Positions 35,801 through 44,648 of a stretch of 56,974 nt of DNA are shown here, one piece after another (within the stretch, counting starts at the first letter, position 1; each line of letters starts with the position of its first letter). Under the pieces are notes generated by a model that was not told the DNA's origin, did no database searches, and saw only the letters and a program-made list of their open reading frames with translations. Source of the DNA: a virus (taxonomy: Duplodnaviria > Caudoviricetes). Both the position numbers and the translations under genes were made by a program. The DNA lies in the IMG/VR virus record IMGVR_UViG_3300044806_000037, positions 1-56,974 of that record, one strand, 5' to 3'.

Positions 35801-38800
35801 GATTGTGATTTGCTTTGCGCCAACTTCTTCAGCCATCTTACGCATAGAAAAAGCAATAACACCGCTAGCCTGAGCGTCGATAAGCGGGTCGTGCGCTTCA
35901 GCGGTATTGCCAGTGTATGCTGGTGCGACACCCTTTTTAGGGATAAGCTCTGGGCCCGGAACTTTTCCAGTAAAGAATTGATAAATACCTGTAATGCTCT
36001 TTGGAATATCTTCACCAAAAAGCTTCTTAAGCATGTTAGCCATTGACTGAGTTTCAACCAGAAGCCCGGCTTCCTCAAACTGCTTGCCAGTTGGGGCTTC
36101 AATTCCGTAGTTAGCGAACTCTTTACCAAGAGTTGTAAGGTCTGGTAGCGAACCTCCATGTAGCGTTAGCGGGATCTGTAGCTCATAAATTTTGTTAAGC
36201 AAGAAAGCAACGTCTTGCAACTGGTCTACATAAGTTTGCTCGTCGCCTTTTTGCTTGTCTTCACCGATGCCAAGCTGTTCCATGCGCTTAATAAGGTTTG
36301 GAAGAATCTGTGTATTGGATTCATTGTCTTCAACTAGACCAACACCCTTAGCGGCTCCACGAGTGAATCGAGTTCCTGACTCTGGATCTTTTGGCGGAAC
36401 AACCATGCCAAACATGAGGCCTTCGGATTGTGGCACAACAGCTGGAACGTTAGGGTTACCAGCAGCGCGACCTTCAGATTCGACACCAAAAGCTGCGGAT
36501 GCGCCAACTGCGTAAACCATTGCGCGCTTACCAGGCTTTGCAGGCTCTCCGTCCTTTGCTGGCGTCGGGTTTAACCCACCACTGTGCTCAATGTCAAGGG
36601 CGATAAGAAGATCATCTTGGCTTTCGGCAAGTTTTTTAAGCTTGTCAGCAAGCTCCTTGTTTCTTTTAGCAACTTCTTCTTCGCCCCTGAGAACAAAACC
36701 TGTTTCCGCACTGCCTGGTTTTCCAGGCTTCTTGTCCTGAGCTGGTGCTTCACGCATCTGCTTCTTAAGAGCTTCAGCCTGCTTTGTTAGACCAGCGTTT
36801 TCAAGTTCCTGAATCTTAGCAATAGCATTGACCTTAGCCTGGTCGGAGTATCCTGCGTTAAACGATTCGGCAAGTGCACGACCTGCGTCGTTAAGGTCTT
36901 TCAGGCGTTTCTGCGCACCAACAATTACACCCTCAGCGGCGTCATCAGCGGCGTCAATAAAGTATTGTGCTGGAGAGTTTCGACCGATCTGTTCGTCAAA
37001 GCCATCACCAAGAGCCTGGCCCATGTCAGCACCAGCTTGGCCAATCTCACCTTCTTTAGCTGATAAGCCTTGAGTTAAGCCAGCAACAACATCCGAAGCA
37101 ACTCCTGGGTCAAGCTGAAGAAGCTCATTAGGGTCGTATCCAGGGATGAGTTCAACAGGTCGCATCAAGTCTTCTAGTTCAAACTTATACAAGTCCTCGC
37201 CCAGGTTAGGGTTAGCTGAAGGCTTTTCTCTTTCAGCGTTGAAAGCTCTAGGGTTTGGTCGATCACCCATCTGTTTCTTAGCCTGGTCAACAGACCATTT
37301 AAGAACCGGACCATTCTTTAAATCTTTAAAGCTTGGGGTTTGGCTGGTTAGGTCAATGTCATCAACATAGCCTGATAGAATTTCAGAAATCCAGTTATTA
37401 AACTTCTGGCGCACAGCCTTGATTTGGTCACCCATCGCAATTGGGGTCCCCTCGTCCCCAGCGAACTCTCCAGACTCCAACTGCTTGACAAGAGTTTCTT
37501 CAACTCTTTCATATTCGCTTTGGAAATATTCTGCAAAAGGCTTTGCGGCATCAAAGACTGCTGAATCAAAAACGTCTTCGCTAGCTCCACCAAACTTTGC
37601 GGTTGCCTCTGTGAGCACAGAAGATTCTCTCATCCACTGCTGGCGGTCGCGCTCGTTGAAACCCATTCTCGAAGGGTCTTGAGAAGCATCATACATGTTT
37701 CGGTAGCTTGCCATCTCGCCACGCGAGTAAGGCCCGCCGTTTGCGGCTGTAGTGGTTCCCTTTTCTAGGGCTGCGTCAACCTGTGGCAAAGCCTGTGTAA
37801 TGTCACCAATCATTAGACGCTGAGTGTGCTTAGCAATGTATTGGAAGAAGGCGTCGCGGTTCTTTACAAATGCTTCACCATAGGTCATTCCAATTACGTT
37901 GGAGTCGCCTTCTTTTGCGCCTTCTGGGGCTGGCTTAAATGTTGCGGCATCAAATAGTCCGCTCTTGCCAATTAGATCCTTAAAGCCACCGCCGTAAATT
38001 TTGCGGAAATCGTCTTCAAGAGATTCCAAAATCTTTTGTAAAGGGGAGAAGAGTTTAACCCCAATCTCATTTCCGCCCATGTAACTGCCAGGTGTTGAAC
38101 CAGTAGAGGTAGAAGAAGATTCTTTACCAGTTGTTGGGTCAATAAATTTAACTGAAGCGCTTGGTGAATAGTTGTTTTGATCAAAAAGTTTTTCAAGGGT
38201 ATTCTGGTTTGGGATGTTTGAGTTCCCCATACCAAGTTTAGATAGCTGTGCCCCAGAGCTTTGAAGGTTATCTGTGAGGATTCCCATGAAAATGCCGGCC
38301 TGTTCAGCGACACCAATAAGCTTTTGAAGTCCAGGCGCAAGGTTTGCAAAGTCTTGCATGAATGAATCCCATTGGGAGTTAACTAATCTTCCAACATTAG
38401 GATCTTCTTCGCCCGGCTTAACCACAGGGTTGCGAGCGCCGTAAGTGATCTTCTGAACCATTTCCCAAAGCTTTTTGGTCATGTCCTGGTTTGGTCCAAT
38501 TTGAGGAATTCCACCATTTATGTCCTGCTGTGTGTCAGAGAACCAAAGACTCGATGAACCTTTCTTCTTGCGCTTATCTTCTAAGGCGCGCTTGTCCCAA
38601 GCGTCCTGCGCGGCATTGCGACGAGCAATTTCAGCGGCGAGGTCAATCTTTGTTAGTTCACCGCTGTATTCATCTTCAGAGCTGTAGAAAGGTTTAGGGT
38701 TTTGCTGAACGATGCCTGGGGTTGGAACGCTTCCGCGCACATTGTCTTTGTTAACAATTTTAAGCGCAACAGTTGCGTCAGTAAAAGCGCGAATAAGATC

Positions 38801-40744
38801 ATCGGCTGCGATTGTTAAGCCACCATAGTTCGGGTCGTCTTCTTCGCCAAGTTTATTGATTGGGAAAAGACCACCGATGTAGTCAAGCGGTGCAACACCG
38901 CGACTGTTCATTCCAGTTTCAGGGTCGTAAGTTGAACCAATCTTTGAACCCCTTAGCCCACCGACTTCGTTGCCGAGGCTAATCATCTCAAGGATGGCCA
39001 TTACAAGATCGTTTTTCTCCTGAGCTTGCTTGCGTAAAGCTTCCGCTTCGGTTGTAATGTCTGAACCAATACCAAAGTTAGAGCGCTGGTTACCTAAGTC
39101 ATCAGCCCTGTTCTTGTCGTCCGCAGAATATTGCGACCTTGCAATTGATTCTGCTTCGTCATCGTCGCGATTACTCTCTAGAACTGTTAGAATATCGCCA
39201 AGCGTTCTAGCCTGATCAATTTCACTGTCTGTTTCTTCGTTATCGGAATCTTCTTCTTCTACTCCATTAGCTTTCATCGCTTGACTTACAATGTCGCCAA
39301 TGTCTTCTTTACGCACACCGATGCCGGTAAAACTGATACCGCCAGAGGTTAGCGCTGCTTCAATTTGACTTCCTAATGCAGTTGAAAACTCTGGGGTAAA
39401 GTCAGTGCTTTCAACACCAGTTTTTCCAACAGACGACCTGGTAATTGCACCTTCGACTGTAGGTGCAGCTTCTTCAGTTAATGCTTGCAGGCCTGCTTTG
39501 CTTTTATCTTTCCGACCAGCGCTAAGAGCTTCACCAGCTAGCTTTAGCACAGAAGATTCGCGTGAGGAAATTACTGCCGCGGCTTGCTCTGCTGTGATAA
39601 CATCACGCTTAACAAGCGCTTCAATAATCAAATCATTTAATGCACCGCTAGATGGAACGCCAGACTTTTTGATTTTAGTTAAGAATGACTCGGCAACAGC
39701 CTCAGCAACCTGAGTTGTTACAGCATCCGCAACTAGCTTGTTCTTTCCATCTTTGCCCTTTGTAGGGGTAAAGCCCTGGCCAAGCGCACTAAGCGGGTCA
39801 TACTGGACTAGCCCCTTCTTCTTGCCCTTGTCGAGCTTATTAGGCTTGTAGCCACTTCCAATCTCGCGTAGAGGTAATCCGGCAGATTCTAACTGTAGCT
39901 CTGCATACTCAATATACTTGATTGTTTCATCTCGCCACTCCCTGAGGTCTTTGAGTTGCTCCGCCAGTTGCTTATACTCTAGTGTGGCAGCGCCAGAATA
40001 GTTTCTCCTCAACTTTGTTGAACGAGAAGTCATAGCAGCAATTTCAGCCTCTAAACGCTTCTCTTCCTCAATGAAAGGGCTCTGCTTTTGGCGCATAGCA
40101 ACAACATGCTTTTTGCGAGTTTCATTAGTCTTTGGGCCGTCGCTAGCTTTCCACTCGGCCATGGATTCGTCTTTGACCTTTTTGATCCTGCCACGGGCGG
40201 TAGCAAGTTCTTTATAGGCCAACTGAAGCGAGCCGGTAATAGATTGTAGTTCGCCACTAATGTCAAGCTGAGCCTCTGAAGGCTTCATAGACTTTAGGCG
40301 TCTATCTACCTTTTGGATTTCGGCATTCAACCGATTGGCAAGCACAACAGGCTCGCTAGTTAGTTTACGGAACTGTGCAAGCAACTGTTGCTGAGCACCC
40401 TCGTTAAGTCCGATACCCTTTTTAATGTCTTTCATGCGACTGCCACGAGCCGACTTTGTTTGTGGGGTCATACTGTCCCACTCGCGGCTCATGAGCTTGC
40501 CTAGCTCTTTTTGTTCTTTCTTAAGAACTTTAGAGGTTTGCCTGACAGTATTGATTTTACTTATCATTGTGTCAAGGGACTTTGCATCATCAACGAAGTG
40601 AATTGGCACAGCCATGCCACCCAGGCGCTTCTCTAACTTCTTCTGTTCATCTAAAGCTTCCTTGCTGAACCGCTTGAAGTCGAGAAGGGCAGGCCCAGTG
40701 TCAAGACCGAGTGATATGTTAAATCTTTCGTCCGCCAAAGCCAT
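29870..40744 (-). CDS. very large tape measure protein (3624 aa) with extra domains
   Basis: TP901-type core (YETSFTAVERV...LAKIATLGGQMGI...APEQARG), TM segments, C-terminal YAAGG..GEF..YASGG; follows the tail chaperone genes. Confidence 0.9.
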   Translation of the reverse strand: MALADERFNISLGLDTGPALLDFKRFSKEALDEQKKLEKRLGGMAVPIHFVDDAKSLDTMISKINTVRQTSKVLKKEQKELGKLMSREWDSMTPQTKSARGSRMKDIKKGIGLNEGAQQQLLAQFRKLTSEPVVLANRLNAEIQKVDRRLKSMKPSEAQLDISGELQSITGSLQLAYKELATARGRIKKVKDESMAEWKASDGPKTNETRKKHVVAMRQKQSPFIEEEKRLEAEIAAMTSRSTKLRRNYSGAATLEYKQLAEQLKDLREWRDETIKYIEYAELQLESAGLPLREIGSGYKPNKLDKGKKKGLVQYDPLSALGQGFTPTKGKDGKNKLVADAVTTQVAEAVAESFLTKIKKSGVPSSGALNDLIIEALVKRDVITAEQAAAVISSRESSVLKLAGEALSAGRKDKSKAGLQALTEEAAPTVEGAITRSSVGKTGVESTDFTPEFSTALGSQIEAALTSGGISFTGIGVRKEDIGDIVSQAMKANGVEEEDSDNEETDSEIDQARTLGDILTVLESNRDDDEAESIARSQYSADDKNRADDLGNQRSNFGIGSDITTEAEALRKQAQEKNDLVMAILEMISLGNEVGGLRGSKIGSTYDPETGMNSRGVAPLDYIGGLFPINKLGEEDDPNYGGLTIAADDLIRAFTDATVALKIVNKDNVRGSVPTPGIVQQNPKPFYSSEDEYSGELTKIDLAAEIARRNAAQDAWDKRALEDKRKKKGSSSLWFSDTQQDINGGIPQIGPNQDMTKKLWEMVQKITYGARNPVVKPGEEDPNVGRLVNSQWDSFMQDFANLAPGLQKLIGVAEQAGIFMGILTDNLQSSGAQLSKLGMGNSNIPNQNTLEKLFDQNNYSPSASVKFIDPTTGKESSSTSTGSTPGSYMGGNEIGVKLFSPLQKILESLEDDFRKIYGGGFKDLIGKSGLFDAATFKPAPEGAKEGDSNVIGMTYGEAFVKNRDAFFQYIAKHTQRLMIGDITQALPQVDAALEKGTTTAANGGPYSRGEMASYRNMYDASQDPSRMGFNERDRQQWMRESSVLTEATAKFGGASEDVFDSAVFDAAKPFAEYFQSEYERVEETLVKQLESGEFAGDEGTPIAMGDQIKAVRQKFNNWISEILSGYVDDIDLTSQTPSFKDLKNGPVLKWSVDQAKKQMGDRPNPRAFNAEREKPSANPNLGEDLYKFELEDLMRPVELIPGYDPNELLQLDPGVASDVVAGLTQGLSAKEGEIGQAGADMGQALGDGFDEQIGRNSPAQYFIDAADDAAEGVIVGAQKRLKDLNDAGRALAESFNAGYSDQAKVNAIAKIQELENAGLTKQAEALKKQMREAPAQDKKPGKPGSAETGFVLRGEEEVAKRNKELADKLKKLAESQDDLLIALDIEHSGGLNPTPAKDGEPAKPGKRAMVYAVGASAAFGVESEGRAAGNPNVPAVVPQSEGLMFGMVVPPKDPESGTRFTRGAAKGVGLVEDNESNTQILPNLIKRMEQLGIGEDKQKGDEQTYVDQLQDVAFLLNKIYELQIPLTLHGGSLPDLTTLGKEFANYGIEAPTGKQFEEAGLLVETQSMANMLKKLFGEDIPKSITGIYQFFTGKVPGPELIPKKGVAPAYTGNTAEAHDPLIDAQASGVIAFSMRKMAEEVGAKQITITKAVTDFVKASWTTVSDAIGGFRRFGAGKGDPKKDYRDPKVLDSYNRQSAVHTGELQPSVPSVPRRAPSAQPIPAQPTLFDDETVDVDSAMNDAERMRILEEELAKLEEQREVEKQRIKLERERLKQLYEAEKVIEAMSENRGIGFDNLTNSPINNRVIQDKDKARLAKNNAIVDEAKKNPELFAEVERQIASRWGKVPERFTATLGKASRELADAIQKAIDRVNRKINEIKVETGERTPTPRGPRPPGGGNGGGGRPPGPRPPDDIPGGPDSPTPEYQDLMDGKITGNQHQAWIDQEIEQSELRAKRHANDLKGMNKAVQAHEKVVADANRKMVDSWISTRYSLYDVASTYEDMGKKLNVLTSYIRQAVMVNASYETSFTAVERVMQPLPDELDGMRQRLVLMTQELPVAFDQLAKIATLGGQMGINADGINNFTEQVVKYSSITGMSADTVAEKFGRISQLADIPADDFNKLASAVAFAGINAVATDQEIITLTESIAAATNLAGFGADETIGLATAISSLGIAPEQARGVIVRLFGDIERGMQNGGKELTAYSKHLGLTAKETKSLWETDPQAFFQRMLENLSKAGSMTTALDKLNIVETREVNTLQRLAKNMDVYNQSMSDAQESYANGTFLGEAYAKTQDNVGAKLEILNNQLKILQDNFGEAFAPGLKMLLDIMSGAMEFINKLTASPIGKVITGIAAGLTALVAGFVAYQVVTYKATAATLAMKTAMVQLGKMGGENTGVKGLLDVLTGQERMIIDSNGRLRSITKDRLEEMKELGKIVPEGSPVDRALKAGVDVRKAATPGSMDAEIAAKNGLTLGPLSETPGAVLPNLASQGPTVAQVQEQILVNKQLIQIRRELSQASLESSEKLRIYALAQGDAAAAEAAAAQSAASTRELNRLDSLEKGLDENLSSLNTPTIKPEDIVPAEVTAGVEQSTASLDEMGAGLDSVATEADKGSVATTRFGKAVGFATKAAGAIGLILTLIATASEIYKSFQIDLMEAGGGLDSFREAIYKDTAAWKENGEAIGTVQSKVTTSKTELTTWAQSMEATTGSSAKLTNAITETTDSITEQTLALGANSMEWLAQAAMGDDQIQEMFKRYFNMGQDLDKLAKQANISLQDMVGMALQDPGKGASEYLEGWFTSSAELRAVAPNLYQDLSNIAYALDGTTKSGVENSKIMKALGASMGVADDGAGDLNNELDNTIARVYTLTDYVGDLSSILSAAFTIRYGKEEATDALAASWENVKNRVDDARKAIEKIQDEIKAMGADRNILEYQLNIALKYGDNMRADKLRAELEAKDKEIADKNKELGTAQDSASTSLVGNTKAAADNRAVMRGLVQDYNKYLESLANTNLSQKELKKRAKEAKADMLAQGQALGFSAEEMDPYAKSFKDFRTIVDKLPKELTLRVDADPATRAFMEWQVKQNSGGGSSKKNSSNSGGPGSAPDGKPEKPTWKKPSTPQWSADNEMSRPEKEAGQGDLVLAAFSDLWGNIGNILNPAAWAARTAFDGNAVNNGRGTAEDIAESEKYNREFVTVNTDKAKAYNKEYEGRLRQWELGSTRRSAIQSGASEEDLEALAKKHAKASPGAWNPFNGTFNPPIKGQESTTPYPSRVEGNVDQNARDILSGFKLESALKTGDEWKKYNQNVTNDAQSTKIEADYASVGLGSSALKESAAQHAKQYPGEYNPFNRKVNPWPKSNKIVSDKGIVTLKTQAQIHAAIHPGEYNPYNGQVNPAGAVDKKLADALKNKKTRKALGEEHARLYPGEFNPYTETVNPMFDKDSKKGTKDIKDKAVGGGVMETLRNERNNDRRRYEESLKAAPGTSKNKPIYAEIVNPGAFGGGVVKGYAAGGLIPGKSPQNPSVDNLLASGPGGIIGIRSGEFIQSQPAVQYYGLDFMNAINNMQIPRYASGGMIGTAGAIGGTTVVELSSSAVMQIMAIANRPVNLYSDDRQIASSANRGNMLLAMRGSN

Positions 40745-40771
40745 TCCTACCTATCGAAGTGTATACACCTA

Positions 40772-41200
40772 TTATACACTATCGCGGTCGGCTAAAGACT
40801 GCAAATAATCCGACCTGGAAGGCATAGGGCCGTTGTCATAAGTGTAAGCAACAATGTAAGGATACTCCCCATAACTCTTCTTTGTGCTCTTCTTCTTCGA
40901 GTCTTTTTCGAGCCATTTATCCAGCTCAGCCTTGCCAAAGCAACGTCCAGTCTTAATCTTAAAACCAACATTGCTAGCATCTTCATTACGGCACACCCAC
41001 ACAGGGTTGCCACACTCATTACAAGTTTCATCCTCAAGCGTCTGATACGCTTCTAAAAGCAAAAAATCGAACGGAACCCAAGGGTCGCTAGGCTGCTCAT
41101 GGAACAGCATAGCGACCGGACGAATCCCATTCTTAACGGCAGTCTTAACTCTGACGAGATATTGGCGATTGCCCTCCCAGGTTAAGACTTCGGTAAAAAA
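40772..41200 (-). CDS. tail assembly chaperone, -1 frameshift extension (gpGT-like)
   Basis: The -1 frame is open from slippery TTTTTTA (41194-41200) into ORF 40772-41110. Confidence 0.8.
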   Translation of the reverse strand, partial: FFTEVLTWEGNRQYLVRVKTAVKNGIRPVAMLFHEQPSDPWVPFDFLLLEAYQTLEDETCNECGNPVWVCRNEDASNVGFKIKTGRCFGKAELDKWLEKDSKKKSTKKSYGEYPYIVAYTYDNGPMPSRSDYLQSLADRDSV

Positions 41201-41796
41201 CCTGCATCCGTTAGTTGTTCAAAATAGCCACTGGCAAGAGTTAGCTTCTGCATAGTATCTGCAAGCACATCCCAAGCGTCACGAGTAAGCTGTTCACGAA
41301 GCTCATACATGTCTTCGACAGTAAAGATCTTCTCGTCAACATTGCCATTAGCGTCAGTTACACGAATAATGTTCTGCGCAACAAGGCTTGAGACATAGAA
41401 CTTAACCCACTCAGGGTTGTTACCATTAGCGTCATCACGTGGGTGCTTTTCATTTGCGTCAGCCATAACCTTATCAACAATCTTCTGGCTAACGCCACGC
41501 ATTGTGAAAGTAAGAGCTGATTCACGAATCTTTTTAGCCAAATCTTGTGCACGAGTGTCTAGCTCTGCACGATAATCGGCGTCAAGAAAATCATTCATCT
41601 CTTCGTCAATCTGGGCAAGGTTAAACGCAGCCTCAGCGTCAAGATAAATTGTTACATCCTTTGTAGGGAAACCACGTCCCTTAATAACCTCACTGAGGTT
41701 AAACACTCCCTTAGCCTGAGCTTCCTTAACGATAGCAAGAGTTTCCGCTACCTGATCTGGGATCTGCTCAGTTGTTGCTGTTGTTTCTTCGCTCAT
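41182..41796 (-). CDS. tail assembly chaperone (gpG-like)
   Basis: Between the major tail and tape measure genes; ends GGT TTT TTA CCG AAG TCT TAA; AAAGG RBS before ATG 41796. Confidence 0.8.
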   Translation of the reverse strand: MSEETTATTEQIPDQVAETLAIVKEAQAKGVFNLSEVIKGRGFPTKDVTIYLDAEAAFNLAQIDEEMNDFLDADYRAELDTRAQDLAKKIRESALTFTMRGVSQKIVDKVMADANEKHPRDDANGNNPEWVKFYVSSLVAQNIIRVTDANGNVDEKIFTVEDMYELREQLTRDAWDVLADTMQKLTLASGYFEQLTDAGFLPKS

Positions 41797-41890
41797 TATT
41801 GCGCCTTTCGTAGAACTGCCCATTGTGGAAGTTTAAGGTTGGAGCGGGGCAAATGGGCGCAAGTCCCCGCTCCAACCGGTCTAGTTAAAC

Positions 41891-42967
41891 TTAGTCAGTA
41901 GCCGAAACCATTACGCCAAGCTTACCCTGTGGGGCAAAGTTGACCATGAACTTAACTGAGTCTTCGCCTTCGGTGTTGTCCATGTAAGCGTCTGCAATGA
42001 ACTTGTAGACAGATACAACATCGTTGTTAGCGTAAGCGCCAGTGGCAGCCTTGTTGATTCGGGTAACTAGGTAACCCTGTGGGCGTGTGCCATCAGTCGA
42101 AGCCTTGAAAGCTTCGCGAGCGATAGCGTATGCACCAGTGGTGTCCTCTAGGTCACCTTCACGGAAGAAGGTTAGCGAACCGCTGAACTGAGCGAATCCA
42201 CGAACCTGAACCTGGCCCTCGTCGATGATCGAACGGTCGTCGATCTTGTTCGAGTCCTGAGCACCAAGGTCGTAACCGTCCCAAGCAATAGCTGAGGTTA
42301 GTTCGATTCCGTCGTTTAGGATAGCAATGTCTGGACCTGCAAGGAATGCTGATTCGTTTGTTACGTCAGCAACAGGAACCCAGGTAACCTTTACTTTACC
42401 GTTAGAGGTCGACTTTGTGCCAACGGTTGAAGCAAGAGCTGGGCCAACGCCAGCAGTTCCAGCAGCAACAGCAACGTTAACAGCAACTTCACCAGTGGTT
42501 AGGAAACGAGCGCCTAGACGCACCATCTCGCCATCACCAATAAGCTCAGTTGGGAAGTCAGTCTTCACACCGAAGATGCTGATTTCCTGAGCTGCCTCGA
42601 AGGCTGCGTCGTGCTCAAAACCAACACGCTTGATTAGGTAATACTTAACATCAGCAGTCTTGAATAGGTCGCGGAACTTGTTGTAAACCGAAGTTGCACT
42701 TAGGTTCTCGTCGCGGAAGCCATCAAGCGAAGCCTCGTAGTTGTAGTAGGTTGGGGTGGTAACATCTGCGTTGTCAACGATCGACAGCGAGTTGTCTGAC
42801 TGAGATTCAGTCTGGTTTAGTGTGTAGTCGTCAGTGACGGCCTGTGAAATGTTGAACACCTTAGTAGCGTCGGTGATTTCTGTAAGGGTAGGAGCCTTCC
42901 AGTCAGCGAACGCATCTCCGGCTGCAACGTAAATACCCACATTAGGGCGTAGCATCTTAGTAGCCAT
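41891..42967 (-). CDS. major tail tube protein (two tandem tube domains)
   Basis: APTLTEI motif, strong codon bias, gene position; internal duplication. Confidence 0.85.
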   Translation of the reverse strand: MATKMLRPNVGIYVAAGDAFADWKAPTLTEITDATKVFNISQAVTDDYTLNQTESQSDNSLSIVDNADVTTPTYYNYEASLDGFRDENLSATSVYNKFRDLFKTADVKYYLIKRVGFEHDAAFEAAQEISIFGVKTDFPTELIGDGEMVRLGARFLTTGEVAVNVAVAAGTAGVGPALASTVGTKSTSNGKVKVTWVPVADVTNESAFLAGPDIAILNDGIELTSAIAWDGYDLGAQDSNKIDDRSIIDEGQVQVRGFAQFSGSLTFFREGDLEDTTGAYAIAREAFKASTDGTRPQGYLVTRINKAATGAYANNDVVSVYKFIADAYMDNTEGEDSVKFMVNFAPQGKLGVMVSATD

Positions 42968-42970
42968 GTT

Positions 42971-43186
42971 TTATTCCTCGTTAGTCTCGATGGTTGGGGT
43001 TTCGCCCTCTTCGGCTTCTACCTCAACAGGTATCGCCACTGGAGCTTCTTTCTTCTGCTTCTTCTCTGGCTTTGCCGGAGCTTCAGCATCTACTGGAATG
43101 AGGTTCTTTCCCAATACAGGGTTAAGAGCATAATGCGCAGGGGCATCAATAATCTCACCAGTAAGCTTGTGTTTAAAAAGTGCCAT
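42971..43186 (-). CDS. small hypothetical (possibly virion-associated) protein
   Basis: AAAGGA RBS; 71 aa. Confidence 0.6.
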   Translation of the reverse strand: MALFKHKLTGEIIDAPAHYALNPVLGKNLIPVDAEAPAKPEKKQKKEAPVAIPVEVEAEEGETPTIETNEE

Positions 43187-43208
43187 GATGGTCCTTTCTT
43201 ATCTTATA

Positions 43209-43640
43209 CTATGATACCACATCAGTATTTACGAAAAATATGAATGTGATCTCAGAAATATATTTAATTGGTTTGATGGTGTTGTCAAATACTAGGGATC
43301 CAGCATTCGGTGCTGGAGTTAGTTCTCCAGCGTCCACCGGCTTGAAACCGGTGAGTTTGTTGAGCACAAGGTCTGCGACCTGTCGTGCTGAGCGTTCGGT
43401 TGGTCCAACACATGCGACTGTGACGTAGCTTTGCCCAAGGTCGTCACGGACGCTGGTGATTCCTCGGCCCTGGTATGCGTGTGCGTATCCTCCGTAGATT
43501 GGCACAATAAAAGGTAGCATAGTTCCGCCACTGTATTCTAGTTGGTCGTCTGCTGGTGCTGTGTTCTCGTAGACCGACTGAGGTAGCTCACGAAGCTTTG
43601 TTGTGATCTGGTCATGCACAGCGAGGAGTGATAGAGCCAT
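43209..43640 (-). CDS. tail terminator-like protein
   Basis: Position and size; VTVACVGPTERSARQVADLV. Confidence 0.65.
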   Translation of the reverse strand: MALSLLAVHDQITTKLRELPQSVYENTAPADDQLEYSGGTMLPFIVPIYGGYAHAYQGRGITSVRDDLGQSYVTVACVGPTERSARQVADLVLNKLTGFKPVDAGELTPAPNAGSLVFDNTIKPIKYISEITFIFFVNTDVVS

Positions 43641-44182
43641 TATTTAACCTTCTTGTATAGTTTGCCGAACTCTTGCATAGCGTATTTCTCCGCCACAGCT
43701 AGAGCTCTACGAGTTGCATGCATACCAACTTTGACGTTTGAGCCTGGCATTTCGGAACCATATTCTTGCATAGCAATATAATTTTTGTCTGCTGCCCAAG
43801 GGCGGAACTTTGGATTGCGCATAGAGTTTACACGCTTCTGGTATTTTGCTGATGAACGAGTGTCTCGAATACCTTTAAAGCCTGTTGGGGAAAAAGGAAA
43901 ACCAAATGAAGCTTCCCACATTTTTGTTTCAGGATTCCAAACTGGTCTACTAAACTTTACGCTCTCAAACATTTTACCAGTCTCTTTACGAGCACCAAAT
44001 TGGTTTCCACGCATCTTGTTAATCATCACATGCCATTGAGACCCGGTAGGTGAACCACCAAGAATATTCTTACGAGTTTCTTCCGCGCCTAGCCTTGCTG
44101 CGCGACCCATAATTCTACGGATCTTTTCGTCTTGGCTTTTAATCCAAGCTTCTGCATCGATAAGTGTTGATCTTCTAGCCAC
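43640..44182 (-). CDS. neck / HK97 gp10-like protein
   Basis: RKETGKMFESV..YIAMQEYGS; basic; position. Confidence 0.6.
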   Translation of the reverse strand: MARRSTLIDAEAWIKSQDEKIRRIMGRAARLGAEETRKNILGGSPTGSQWHVMINKMRGNQFGARKETGKMFESVKFSRPVWNPETKMWEASFGFPFSPTGFKGIRDTRSSAKYQKRVNSMRNPKFRPWAADKNYIAMQEYGSEMPGSNVKVGMHATRRALAVAEKYAMQEFGKLYKKVK

Positions 44183-44648
44183 GGACTGGCCTCGATTCCT
44201 GATTCACCTCACAGGTAATACCGCGTGACCAAGAGTTTGAACTGTTGATTACGGATTTAACTGTGTATTGAAAACCTGTTAACAGAGGGTCTGCGACAGC
44301 ACTTATGACGATTACTTCATATCCTGGGCGAATATCCGCCAGGGTGTTGTCCCAGTCTTCCATCAAATTCTTTTTAAGGTTGAAGAACATGGAAACGTCT
44401 TTGCCGGTCATTGGAATAAAGTCGTTGCTTGATTCAGAAATTGTGGACTGGCGTAGTGGCTGGATTCGTGCCCAACCTTCGTAAATGATTGCAGTTGATT
44501 CTGTCCAAGTGTTTGTTTCTGGGTCGTAAGTTTTGTCAATGGCGTTAGGTCTAATAATCTGAATGAGCGCAAGCCCCAAGCCATCCTCGACTGGAGTGTT
44601 GTGGCTTGTCCATTTAGGGTGCAAAACCGGACGAGTGTTTAGAGCCAA
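44175..44648 (-). CDS. head-tail stopper-like protein (DUF6093-like)
   Basis: YDPET..IYEGWARIQP...DPLLTG. Confidence 0.6.
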   Translation of the reverse strand: MALNTRPVLHPKWTSHNTPVEDGLGLALIQIIRPNAIDKTYDPETNTWTESTAIIYEGWARIQPLRQSTISESSNDFIPMTGKDVSMFFNLKKNLMEDWDNTLADIRPGYEVIVISAVADPLLTGFQYTVKSVINSSNSWSRGITCEVNQESRPVRG

